Part shown: one piece after another, positions 44,701 to 52,038 of the stretch | Layout of the letters: each line of letters begins with the position of its first letter | Position numbering within the stretch: the first letter of the stretch is position 1 | Assembly (NCBI GenBank): GCA_963422265.1 | Contig: OY729416.1 | Location: 576,001 to 640,000, forward strand | Length of the DNA stretch: 64,000 bases | Direction: 5' to 3' | From: Thermodesulfobacteriota bacterium | GTDB taxonomy: Bacteria; Desulfobacterota_D; UBA1144; Nemesobacterales; UBA2774 | The notes under the pieces: model-generated | What the model was told of the DNA's origin: nothing | What the model saw: the letters and a program-made list of their open reading frames with translations, nothing else | Databases searched by the model: none | Translations under genes and position numbers: made by a program

Positions 44701-44947
44701 GTACTTTCTCAATTTTTTGAGCGAAAGTCTTCATTTCTATCCCAACGACGCCAAAGAACTTCCCATCCCCAGAGTCCACGCCGCCGAGCAGCATCCGTTC
44801 ATCCGCCTCGTTGACAGCATCCTCCAAACCAAATATATCGATCAGTCTGCCGCCACCACTGAGCAGGAAGCAGAGATAAATCAATTGGTCTACGCGCTGT
44901 ATGGATTGACGGCAGGGGAAATTGAACTTGTGGAGGGGGAAAGGTGA
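41762..44947 (+). CDS. Eco57I/TaqI-like (type IIG-like) N6-adenine DNA methyltransferase with C-terminal TRD
   Basis: IPFLNGGLF, VDPEMLGKVFE, GTYYTPR, DPAVGSGAF (motif I), GNPPY (motif IV), LLAILNS TaqI_C-like tail. Confidence 0.92.
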   Translation: MNKTSAKHLVKQTLEHSFDKGRFAYLVKNILNHVDEDSFTYQGNLIFDDFDDSIAKVERTSKYTDPQDRLLDILVVHLKKETSLERARTMQRNFVAKYLNGSRGGVLKDAALVAFVAPNGEDWRFSFVKMEYRFDEKGKVKEEFTPARRYSFLVGKNEHSHTAQSNLLPLLQDDEAKPTLAYIEQAFSVERVTKEFFEKYRELYLHLKEALDEIVEKDPKIEADFEGKSVDTVDFAKKLMGQIVFLYFLQKKGWFGVARGKEWGEGNKQFLRHLFPREREEGKNYFNRFLEPLFYEALRLERPKDYYDQFECRIPFLNGGLFDPINDYDWQDTDIEIPNEIFSNNELTKEGDTGSGILDVFDRYNFTVKEDEPLEKEVAVDPEMLGKVFENLLDIKDRKSKGTYYTPREIVHYMCQESLINALHTNLDGIIPINDLEALIKHGDAFVEHEETRIEKIANRKAKNADYKGSYKRRRLPASIEEYAELIDDELASMRVCDPAVGSGAFVVGMMNEIIRARRTLAPYTDGNKEDASYHFKRHAIQHCLYGVDIDPGAVEIAKLRLWLSLVVDEEDRGKIKPLPNLDYKIIQGNSLLSVEKDLFNQELFNQIEKLKPLYFNETNAGEKQKYKNQIDELISQITKGHKEFDFEVYFSEVFHNEKKGFDVVIGNPPYVNVENLSAEMRSYLFSNYQACEKRTDIYIAFLEKSLSLLNGNGSMCFIIPAAFTKQQYATTMRKIFVANHTLQELVDASSYRIFENAVVYNVVLRIAKGRKNVPTRIRLYHNNSDFDSRSGMEFLVDQSFFDLLKDCRFDTNPSISDAVKIKEKIWRNAIRLDRICLIAYGARLNHRSAKIGKSHYISSSPVAGSKKFCEGRNIGRYSFSQDGWLDYAPDEHYNPMFPELFESEKLMFINIVKDRLRFAYDDEGFYNSHTVINCVRLDLLSGTPHTSAVRAIRNADISIARRFDCKFLLAILNSQLTNWYFLNFLSESLHFYPNDAKELPIPRVHAAEQHPFIRLVDSILQTKYIDQSAATTEQEAEINQLVYALYGLTAGEIELVEGER

Positions 44948-46920
44948 GCGCGTCTGAACGGCAAGACACAACCGTCAGAATCCTGGCATTGATTAAGGAA
45001 ATCACAGTAAAGTCCTCCGATGAAAACTACATCTACCGCGGTGAACCAGAACGCTACCCTAAAGTATCCTCGACGCTTCACCGCCAATTCGCAGACGTGG
45101 ATGCGGCGCACTTTAATCTGGAGGAAGTCCAGAAGGAGATACTGAAAAATGCCAAGAAATACACATCCACAACTGATGAGTTGGAAATCCTGACACAACT
45201 CCAGCACCATGGCGGCAACACCAATCTTATCGACTTTACAAACGACTGCCACATAGCCCTCTTTTTCGCCTGCGACGGTTCCTATGACAAAGATGGTAGG
45301 GTTGTCCTGCTGAAAAAAGCAACGGAACAAGGCCAGATCAGACAGCCCCGGAACCCTGCCAACCGCGTCATCGCTCAGAAGAGCATCTTTGTGCAGCCAC
45401 CTAAAGGCTTTATTAGCCCCGATGGTGATCCCATCATCATCCCGAAGGACCTCAAAAAACACATACTGGACCATCTGCAAAGATACAAAGGCATATCCAC
45501 CGAAACCATCTACAACGACCTGCACGGCTTTATCAAAAATCAGGGAATCCACCAAAGTGCCTACACGGAGTTTTACAGAGGTCTGACTTATTCAACAAAG
45601 AGAGGTGAATCGGCAGACAAGAAAAAACAACGGGAATTCTATAAAAAAGCCATTAAACATTACACTGAAGCCTTGAGATTGAACCCGAATCTCGCCTCAG
45701 CCTACTGTAACCGAGGAGTCGCCAAGGAAAAACTTGAACTACACGGAGAAGCCATTGAAGACTATAACCAAGCTATTAGAATCTATCCTGATTTTGCAGA
45801 GGCATATAATAATCGCGGGACTGCTAAAGACAAACTAGGCAAACACGAAGAAGCCATTGAAGACTTCGACAAAACCATTAGTATCAATCCTAACCTTGCA
45901 GAGGCATATAATAATCGCGGGACTGCTAAAGACAAACTAGGCAAACACGGAGAAGCCATTGAAGACTTCGACAAAACCATTAGTATCAATCCTAAATATG
46001 CAGAGGCATATAGTAATCGTGGGGCTGCCAAAGGAAAGCTAGGCAAATACGAAGAAGCCATTGAAGACTTCGACAAAACCATTAGTATCAATCCTAACCT
46101 TGCAGAGGCATATTTCAATCGTGGGACTGCCAAAGGAAAGCTAGGCAAATACGAAGGAGCCATTGAGGACTTCGACAAAGCCATTAGTATCAATCCTGAA
46201 TATGCAAACGCATATTTCAATTGCGGGGTTGCCAAATACGACCTAGGCAAATACGAGGAAGCTATCAAAGACTATAACGAAGCCATCAGCATCAATCCTA
46301 AATATGCGAAGGCATATTTCAATCGCGGGACTGCTAAAGACAACCTAGGCAAACACAAAGAAGCTATCAAAGACTACGACAAAGCCATCAGTATCAATCC
46401 TGAACATGCAGAGGCATATTGCAATCGTGGGGCTGCCAAAGGAAAGCTAGGCAAATACGAAGAAGCCATTGAAGACTTCGACAAAGCCATTAGCATAAAT
46501 CCTGAATATGCGGAGACATATTACAATCGCGGGAATGCTAAATACACACTAGGCAAATACGAAGAAGCCATTGAAGACTATAACCAAGCCATTAGTATCA
46601 ATCCTAAATATGCAGACGCATATTGCAATCGTGGGGCTGCCAAAGGAAAGCTAGGCAAATACGAAGAAGCCATTGAAGACTTCGACAAAGCCATCATCAT
46701 AAATCCTGAATATGCAGACGCATATTGCAATCGCGGAGAGGCTTGGCTGCACTTGCAAGTATGGGAAAAAGCCAAATCAGACCTGACCAATGCCAAGAAA
46801 AAGGGAGTAGATATAATCGCTGCGTTTCATAACGACTATAAGAGCATTGAAGACTTCGAGCGGAAGAATGACGTTGAGCTTCCGGAAGACATCAAAGCCC
46901 TGCTGATACGAAAGTCGTAA
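44944..46920 (+). CDS. FRG-domain protein with C-terminal TPR array
   Basis: YIYRGE, LQHHGGNTNLIDFT, IALFFAC, NRVIAQKSIF (FRG); about 11 34-aa TPRs; GTGA overlap with the MTase stop. Confidence 0.88.
   Translation: MSASERQDTTVRILALIKEITVKSSDENYIYRGEPERYPKVSSTLHRQFADVDAAHFNLEEVQKEILKNAKKYTSTTDELEILTQLQHHGGNTNLIDFTNDCHIALFFACDGSYDKDGRVVLLKKATEQGQIRQPRNPANRVIAQKSIFVQPPKGFISPDGDPIIIPKDLKKHILDHLQRYKGISTETIYNDLHGFIKNQGIHQSAYTEFYRGLTYSTKRGESADKKKQREFYKKAIKHYTEALRLNPNLASAYCNRGVAKEKLELHGEAIEDYNQAIRIYPDFAEAYNNRGTAKDKLGKHEEAIEDFDKTISINPNLAEAYNNRGTAKDKLGKHGEAIEDFDKTISINPKYAEAYSNRGAAKGKLGKYEEAIEDFDKTISINPNLAEAYFNRGTAKGKLGKYEGAIEDFDKAISINPEYANAYFNCGVAKYDLGKYEEAIKDYNEAISINPKYAKAYFNRGTAKDNLGKHKEAIKDYDKAISINPEHAEAYCNRGAAKGKLGKYEEAIEDFDKAISINPEYAETYYNRGNAKYTLGKYEEAIEDYNQAISINPKYADAYCNRGAAKGKLGKYEEAIEDFDKAIIINPEYADAYCNRGEAWLHLQVWEKAKSDLTNAKKKGVDIIAAFHNDYKSIEDFERKNDVELPEDIKALLIRKS
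45694..46713 (+). repeat. Ten tandem 102-bp TPR-coding repeats, high nucleotide identity
   Basis: Unit starts at 45694, 45796, 45898 ... with a terminal unit beginning at 46714; consensus AEAYxNRGxAKxxLGKYEEAIEDFDKAISINPxY. Confidence 0.95.
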
Positions 46921-47409
46921 TGAGTCTTTATAAACTGAGCTTTTACAATTAACATGCAAAACCTTCTTCCTCATCTCCCCTATTAACTGTATAACAAACC
47001 AACATCTGTGGATTATCGGTCTTAGTTTTTGGTATCCTGAACTGGTTGGTGAGTTCACCAAACCGTTCAGCTCTCCCGCCCTTTTGAAAACCTTACAAAC
47101 TTATACTTTTTAGCGATTTTCTGGCTATGGAAAAGATGGTTTGACACGGCTTTAAGTGCTTTTAAGAACAGAAACCCTAATGATTGCAGGGTTTTGCAAA
47201 AGATTTTTGCCCGTAAAGTTTTTAATAACTTTCACGGATAACTCTCAGATTAAACAACTTTTAAAACGCTATTTAAGCCTTTATTTATAGGGGTTTAATG
47301 GACGTTTAATGAGATGAATAAGTGTCATATTATACCAACTTGTGCGGTAAAGTTTTTTTAAGTTCGCTTCTTAAATTTGATTTCTTTAATCCTGTATCAA
47401 ATCCCCCTT

Positions 47410-47705
47410 AATCCCCCTTTTCTAAAGGGGGAAAAGAAAGAGTAACCACCGATAAATTGCTCGTGTCGTTTTTGGCAAGGCTGGATTCCCGCTTGGAGGC
47501 AGGAATGACAAAAGCGCTCTCACACCTTGTTCTCCCCGTCAAATCCCCCTTTTCTAAAGGGGGAAAAGAAAGGGTAATCACCGATAAATTGCTCGTGTCG
47601 TTTTTGGTAAGGCTGGATTCCCACTTGGAGGCAGGAATGACAAAAGCACCTTCACACCTTGCCGGCCGTCAAATCCCCCCCCCTATATCCCCTTTTCTAA
47701 AGAAG
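47410..47705. repeat. About 132-bp tandem non-coding repeat (2 full copies plus a partial third) made of REP-like palindromes
   Basis: Units start at 47410, 47542 and about 47672; contain TCCCCCTTTTCTAAAGGGGGA and CTGGATTCCC..TTGGAGGCAGGAATGACA. Confidence 0.9.
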
Positions 47706-47989
47706 AATAGCAAAAGGACTAGATTCCAATTCCCACCTATATGTCATTTTGACCCATGTCCCGAGGGAAGCCGAGTGGATAGGAGATATCTGTCTTTTAC
47801 TTGGTTGAGAGAAAAGATGAGATCCCTCTACTCAGCTACCCCATTCGACAAATTCAGGATACCGCTTCCTCGTTTTCATAAGAACTTGCTTTTAGGGAAC
47901 GCATGTATATTGCAAGCCCCAAAAAACTATGCGCTCTGCCCTTTATCAGATTCAAGATATGGTTGTGGCAGAGTAGAGGAGGAAGCAAA

Positions 47990-49057
47990 ATGAAGAACAC
48001 CAAAACACTAACTAGTGAGTTGTTAGATATCGAGGATGTCTTTTCCGCATCCTTAGCCCCGCGCACACGGAAAGTTTATGCTAAGTGCTGGCGCGAGTTT
48101 GAAAAATATTGCGAGCAGGAGGGAATAACTCCTCTTGAGGCGACTGCTGAGCAAGTGGCTAATTTCTTTATATGGATAGCCAATCAGCCACGCCCCAAAA
48201 GTATGATGGGAGAGTATCTGAAGATGGGGACTTTAGTTCAAATCAAGAGCGCTATCGCCAGACGGTTTAAGGATAACGATAAGGCATCCCCAACAAGTAG
48301 TGCAAAGGTAGAGTTGGCGTTGAAGGGACTGGCGCGGCTAAAAGGGAATAAACCCCGACAAGTAAAGGCTCTGACGGACAAACATATAAAGAAAATCCTA
48401 ACGAAGATAGATTATGAAATCCGAAGGTATTCAACAATGCCACCTTCTGAACGCTCCCTCGGAGATAGAATAATAACCAAGAAGAGGGGCAAATGGAGTT
48501 GGACTTACATTCAGCGAGCAGCCAAGCTATACAGGGATGCTTCTATTCTGTCGTTAGGTTTTGCAGCAGCCCTAAGGCGTTCTGAAATTATGGGAATTAA
48601 GGTAGAACACTTAGAGTTTATCAAAAATTCTAATAAGATGATCCTTCATATACCTAAATCCAAAACGGATCAGGAAGGGCTAGGACAGCAAATTCCGATT
48701 ATTGACGGTAAGAGTATTCAGCCAATAAGGCGTCTGAAAGAATGGCTGAACGTCTCAGGGCTTAAGAGAGGATACGTATATGTTACATTAAATAGAGCGG
48801 GCTCTTTTAATGATACTCCCCTGCACTTCTCCGACATCCCACGTATTATCAAACGATATGGAAAGTCAATCGGGCTTAATCCTAAGGAAATCTCTGGACA
48901 TTCACTGCGCGCGGGATTCGTTACTAGCGCCGCGGCTCATAAGGCAAGCCTTCATAAAATAATGGAAATCACACGGCATACAAGCCCTGTAACCGTAATG
49001 AAATATATTAGAGAAGCCAATTCTTTTAAGGATCATGCTGGAGGTAAATTTTTGTAA
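47990..49057 (+). CDS. Cre-like tyrosine recombinase/integrase
   Basis: GAGGAGG RBS before ATG 47990; ALRRSE (R), SKTDQEG (K), SGHSLRAG (HxxR), TRH, MKYI (Y). Confidence 0.92.
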   Translation: MKNTKTLTSELLDIEDVFSASLAPRTRKVYAKCWREFEKYCEQEGITPLEATAEQVANFFIWIANQPRPKSMMGEYLKMGTLVQIKSAIARRFKDNDKASPTSSAKVELALKGLARLKGNKPRQVKALTDKHIKKILTKIDYEIRRYSTMPPSERSLGDRIITKKRGKWSWTYIQRAAKLYRDASILSLGFAAALRRSEIMGIKVEHLEFIKNSNKMILHIPKSKTDQEGLGQQIPIIDGKSIQPIRRLKEWLNVSGLKRGYVYVTLNRAGSFNDTPLHFSDIPRIIKRYGKSIGLNPKEISGHSLRAGFVTSAAAHKASLHKIMEITRHTSPVTVMKYIREANSFKDHAGGKFL

Positions 49058-49068
49058 ATCTACAAACC

Positions 49069-49149
49069 AAAGACAGTTTTAAGTTAGCAGTTATGAGTTT
49101 TCAGCAACTAGAAACTAATAACTGACAACTGTTCTTGAAACTTAAAACT
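49069..49149. repeat. 81-bp 7-nt-periodic palindrome, copy B (identical to 50426-50506)
   Basis: AAAGACAGTTTTAAGTTAGCAGTTATGAGTTTTCAGCAACTAGAAACTAATAACTGACAACTGTTCTTGAAACTTAAAACT. Confidence 0.95.
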
Positions 49150-49343
49150 TAAAATTCATATAGGATAAACCTGAGCAGACTGAGGTTGAGAGTTAATTTG
49201 AACGAGGCGGGACTGGTGTTCCCCCCATTGACAAAACCATTGTCATCAACATAGACAATTTCAAGGCAGAAAACCAACTTAATTTTGCGTTTTGCGTGTT
49301 TATGCTACAGTACAAGTTTATCACGTCATATACGGCAGATGTA

Positions 49344-50366
49344 ATGATGTCATTGGAAGAGCATATACTGGATATTCAAGACAAGCTTAACAACAATAAA
49401 TATCCAAATGAGCAGGCAATCTCTCAAGGGGTTGTTTTGCGACTCTTAGAGACCATGGGGTGGCCAATTTATGAGCCAACATTGGTGATTCCGGAGTACA
49501 GGGTAAATGGCAGGAGAGTGGATTTTGCCCTGTGCACGCAAAGCGATAAGCCCATGATCTTTATTGAAGTAAAGCAACTTGGTAATACGCTTGGGGCAGA
49601 CAAACAAGTGTTTGAATATGCTTATCACAAGGGAGTTCCATTCGCTATCGTAACGGACGGGAGAGAGTGGCATTTCTATCTGCCTGCAGAAGTAGGAAAC
49701 TATGACGAACGGAAAGTATATGTGCTGGATCTAGTGGAACGTAATGTGCGTGAATCTTTAGAACATTTGCAGCGATATCTATCTTTTAATGAAGTAGAAA
49801 GCGGGAAGGCACTGGAAAATGCACGAGAAGATTATAAGAACGTATCAAGAGAGAGACGGGCCAGAGAGAATATTCCCGAAGCATGGAGAAAACTGATCAA
49901 AGAAGGGGATGAAATATTAATAGAATCTGTGTCTGAGAAAGTAGAAGCCCTTTGTGGATTTAAACCCGCGCAACAGCAAGTCCTCTCCTTTTTGAAATTA
50001 TTGGAACCAAACTCCGCAATAACTGAAACTAGAATAACACCGTCTGAAGGAAATCATCCTTCGCCAAAGCAGAGAAAGAAGATCAAAGTAACATTTCCTG
50101 ATGGAGATGAAATATATGAATCTGTAGTGGCAAAGATGTTTGTTAGAGTTATCAGGAAGATCGGTGCTGAAAAAGTACGTTCGTTAAATATACAGCAAGC
50201 TGGATATCCACTAATTTCGGAACAGGAATACAAAGACAAAGGACAGTGGGCTGCTGTTGATTCGGGGCTTTATGTGAATACGTGCTCAAATACGGATGTG
50301 AAATGTCAACACTTATGTGAAATAAATAGAAAACTGAACCTGGGATTAAAAATTGTTCCAAAGTAA
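49344..50366 (+). CDS. Stand-alone HsdR-N-like PD-(D/E)xK nuclease with small C-terminal domain
   Basis: PNEQAISQGVV, IPEY...RVDFAL, IFIEVK, QVFEYAY, IVTDGREWHFY; no helicase. Confidence 0.8.
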   Translation: MMSLEEHILDIQDKLNNNKYPNEQAISQGVVLRLLETMGWPIYEPTLVIPEYRVNGRRVDFALCTQSDKPMIFIEVKQLGNTLGADKQVFEYAYHKGVPFAIVTDGREWHFYLPAEVGNYDERKVYVLDLVERNVRESLEHLQRYLSFNEVESGKALENAREDYKNVSRERRARENIPEAWRKLIKEGDEILIESVSEKVEALCGFKPAQQQVLSFLKLLEPNSAITETRITPSEGNHPSPKQRKKIKVTFPDGDEIYESVVAKMFVRVIRKIGAEKVRSLNIQQAGYPLISEQEYKDKGQWAAVDSGLYVNTCSNTDVKCQHLCEINRKLNLGLKIVPK

Positions 50367-50425
50367 GGAAAATAATCTACATATGTATTAGTGATCTGTT
50401 TGACCTTTGCCTTTTGGATGGTAAA

Positions 50426-50506
50426 AAAGACAGTTTTAAGTTAGCAGTTATGAGTTTTCAGCAACTAGAAACTAATAACTGACAACTGTTCTTGAAACTT
50501 AAAACT
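50426..50506. repeat. 81-bp 7-nt-periodic palindrome, copy C
   Basis: Identical to 49069-49149; similarity extends to GATAAACC(A)TGAGCAG. Confidence 0.95.
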
Positions 50507-50522
50507 CATATTGAGATAAACC

Positions 50523-50908
50523 ATGAGCAGTTGGACAGATAGTTACGAAGACGCAGAAGTTTTTATCCGCTGCTGGTAAAAACATTGGTATAGGAGAAAA
50601 TCCTAAAATCTGGATTGCCCTTAACTTTAATAAGGAAGGCAGACACCCCAAACTGATTGTCAGAGAGCTTTCTATAAAAGCTTTAGTCGATTGCTTTTTC
50701 AAGCCAGAGATGTATCAGTCAGCAGTTGAAACGATGCTTGAGCCAGACGCTGTGATTTTCGTAGAAACAGATAGATTCTATTGACGTTACAGATTTTAGA
50801 CCCGCACCAGACTTTGACGAAGCATGGCTGGATTCCTTCATCGGAAGCCAGCCAGATTGCACCGGAGAATTGACAATGGAAGAGTTCATAAATGGTTCTT
50901 ATGCTTAG
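50523..50908 (+). pseudogene. Fragmented hypothetical gene following repeat C
   Basis: Open pieces GQIVTKTQKFLSAAGKNIG...KEGRHPKLIVRELS...AVIFVE and IDSIDVTDFRPAPDFDE...EEFI in shifted frames. Confidence 0.5.
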
Positions 50909-51035
50909 GAGGCAACTTTTTTCTTTCCTCAATCATTTGCATTACCACACTGAGCTTTTGTAAATCCTTGCCCTGCTTCTTAAGTTTTCTTACGTCCTTT
51001 CGGAACTGTCTTTGTACTACTACCTTTCGATTCAC
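50886..51035 (-). pseudogene. Truncated YafQ/RelE-family toxin
   Basis: QFRKDVRKLKKQGKDL.KL..V...I.....LPPKHKNHL then stop at about 49 aa; the usual family length is about 90 aa. Confidence 0.75.
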
Positions 51036-51297
51036 CAATTGCAATTTCTCCAAAGAAAGAACTAACAGACTCCACTTGTTCAAGGTCAATTCCCATCTCT
51101 GTATTCATTATCGATTCCATAGTTTTTTGTGGCAGCCTCACATCAAATGGTAATCCGCGATTAATAATTATGCTTGAATAAAACATATCTATTGCGGATG
51201 AGGGAGTTAACCCTAACTCCGCAAGTATGCGTTCTGCTACGTTCTTCTTCTCTAAATTTATTCTTGATGCGACTGTCCCTTTCTTGTGACCGTTCAC
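50980..51297 (-). CDS. DinJ/RelB antitoxin
   Basis: SRINLEKK..AE.IL.ELGLTPSSAI.MF...I....GLPFDV..P. Confidence 0.85.
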   Translation of the reverse strand: MNGHKKGTVASRINLEKKNVAERILAELGLTPSSAIDMFYSSIIINRGLPFDVRLPQKTMESIMNTEMGIDLEQVESVSSFFGEIAIGESKGSSTKTVPKGRKKT

Positions 51298-51331
51298 TAT
51301 TCCTCTCCCGTGTTCTTTATTTCCTCAGAAC

Positions 51332-51350
51332 TGTCAAACAATGTATGACA
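51332..51350. promoter_or_regulatory. Palindromic operator upstream of the dinJ-like gene
   Basis: TGTCAAACAATGTATGACA inverted repeat next to a minus-strand TTGACG box. Confidence 0.5.
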
Positions 51351-51402
51351 AAGTTATACTTTGTTTGAGTCTTCGTCAAGTTTATACAGAAAATCATTAT
51401 TT

Positions 51403-51468
51403 ATAGTAAAATGGGGGTTCTCTTTAGGGCGTTCTGGATGAGCTAAATCTCAGACGCCTTAAGCGCAA
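51403..51468. repeat. 66-bp diverged copy of an internal recF segment (52230-52295)
   Basis: Direct repeat with 5 mismatches by eye. Confidence 0.9.
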
Positions 51469-51469
51469 C

Positions 51470-51919
51470 CGCTGTTGGCGGAATTGGCGCAGTGGAACAG
51501 ATGATTCGCGTAGGTGCGATTAGTGAAATTCGTATTTTCTACCGGTTAAAGGCTCTTCACCTCTCTTGTCAGATTCAAAAGCTGAAGACCCTGTAACAAC
51601 CGTTTGCTGATTTGGTATAATTATCTACTAAGAGCTTTAAGGTAAGCCCTATGTTTTTTACGCGCTGCGCCTCGTCTATCAGGATGAGCTTTGTATCACC
51701 GATAACCTGCTTGAGCGAGGTTGAACTTGCATCGGTTAGCATATCCCTTACACCCGGCTCATCACAGTTTAACAATTTAGACTAGTAGGGATACTCCCTT
51801 TGTATATCTTTTATTAGTGTAGTTTTACCCACCTGGCGGACACCGGTAACAATAATTGCTTTGCCCTTGAACAACCTGCTTTTTATTTTATCCTGTAAAA
51901 TTCTTTTAATTTGAATCAT
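51470..51919 (-). pseudogene. AAA_14/DUF4143-type ATPase remnant
   Basis: GVRQVGKTT, internal TAG, LIDEAQR, frameshift before TGSSAF...EPLTGRKYEF, truncated. Confidence 0.8.
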
Positions 51920-52038
51920 TATTTATAAAGATTATAATCGAAAAATATTATAATATATTGTGATTATACTCACTTAAATACTGCAAACCGACGGAATACA
52001 TAGGTTCATTATCTGCGTAAATCTACTTTTCAGTAAGC

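Noticed and set aside
37779-44947. DISARM or BREX system
   Set aside because: No DrmA/DUF1998 DrmB, PglZ or BrxC genes are visible.
45694-46740. DGR-type mutagenesis of the TPR repeats (positions 5 and 9 use NNY codons derivable from AAY)
   Set aside because: No reverse transcriptase or template repeat in the window, other variable positions do not fit A-only change, and these residues are common in ordinary TPRs.
47457-47993. 178-aa ORF upstream of the recombinase
   Set aside because: It is a read-through of the 132-bp non-coding repeats, with no RBS or protein-like features.
49069-50506. Canonical integron attC sites
   Set aside because: Polarity is GTT...AAC rather than RYYYAAC...GTTRRRY, and the recombinase looks Cre-like rather than IntI-like.
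46921-50530. CRISPR array
   Set aside because: The repeats are 81 or 132 bp without unique equal-length spacers, and there are no cas genes in the window.
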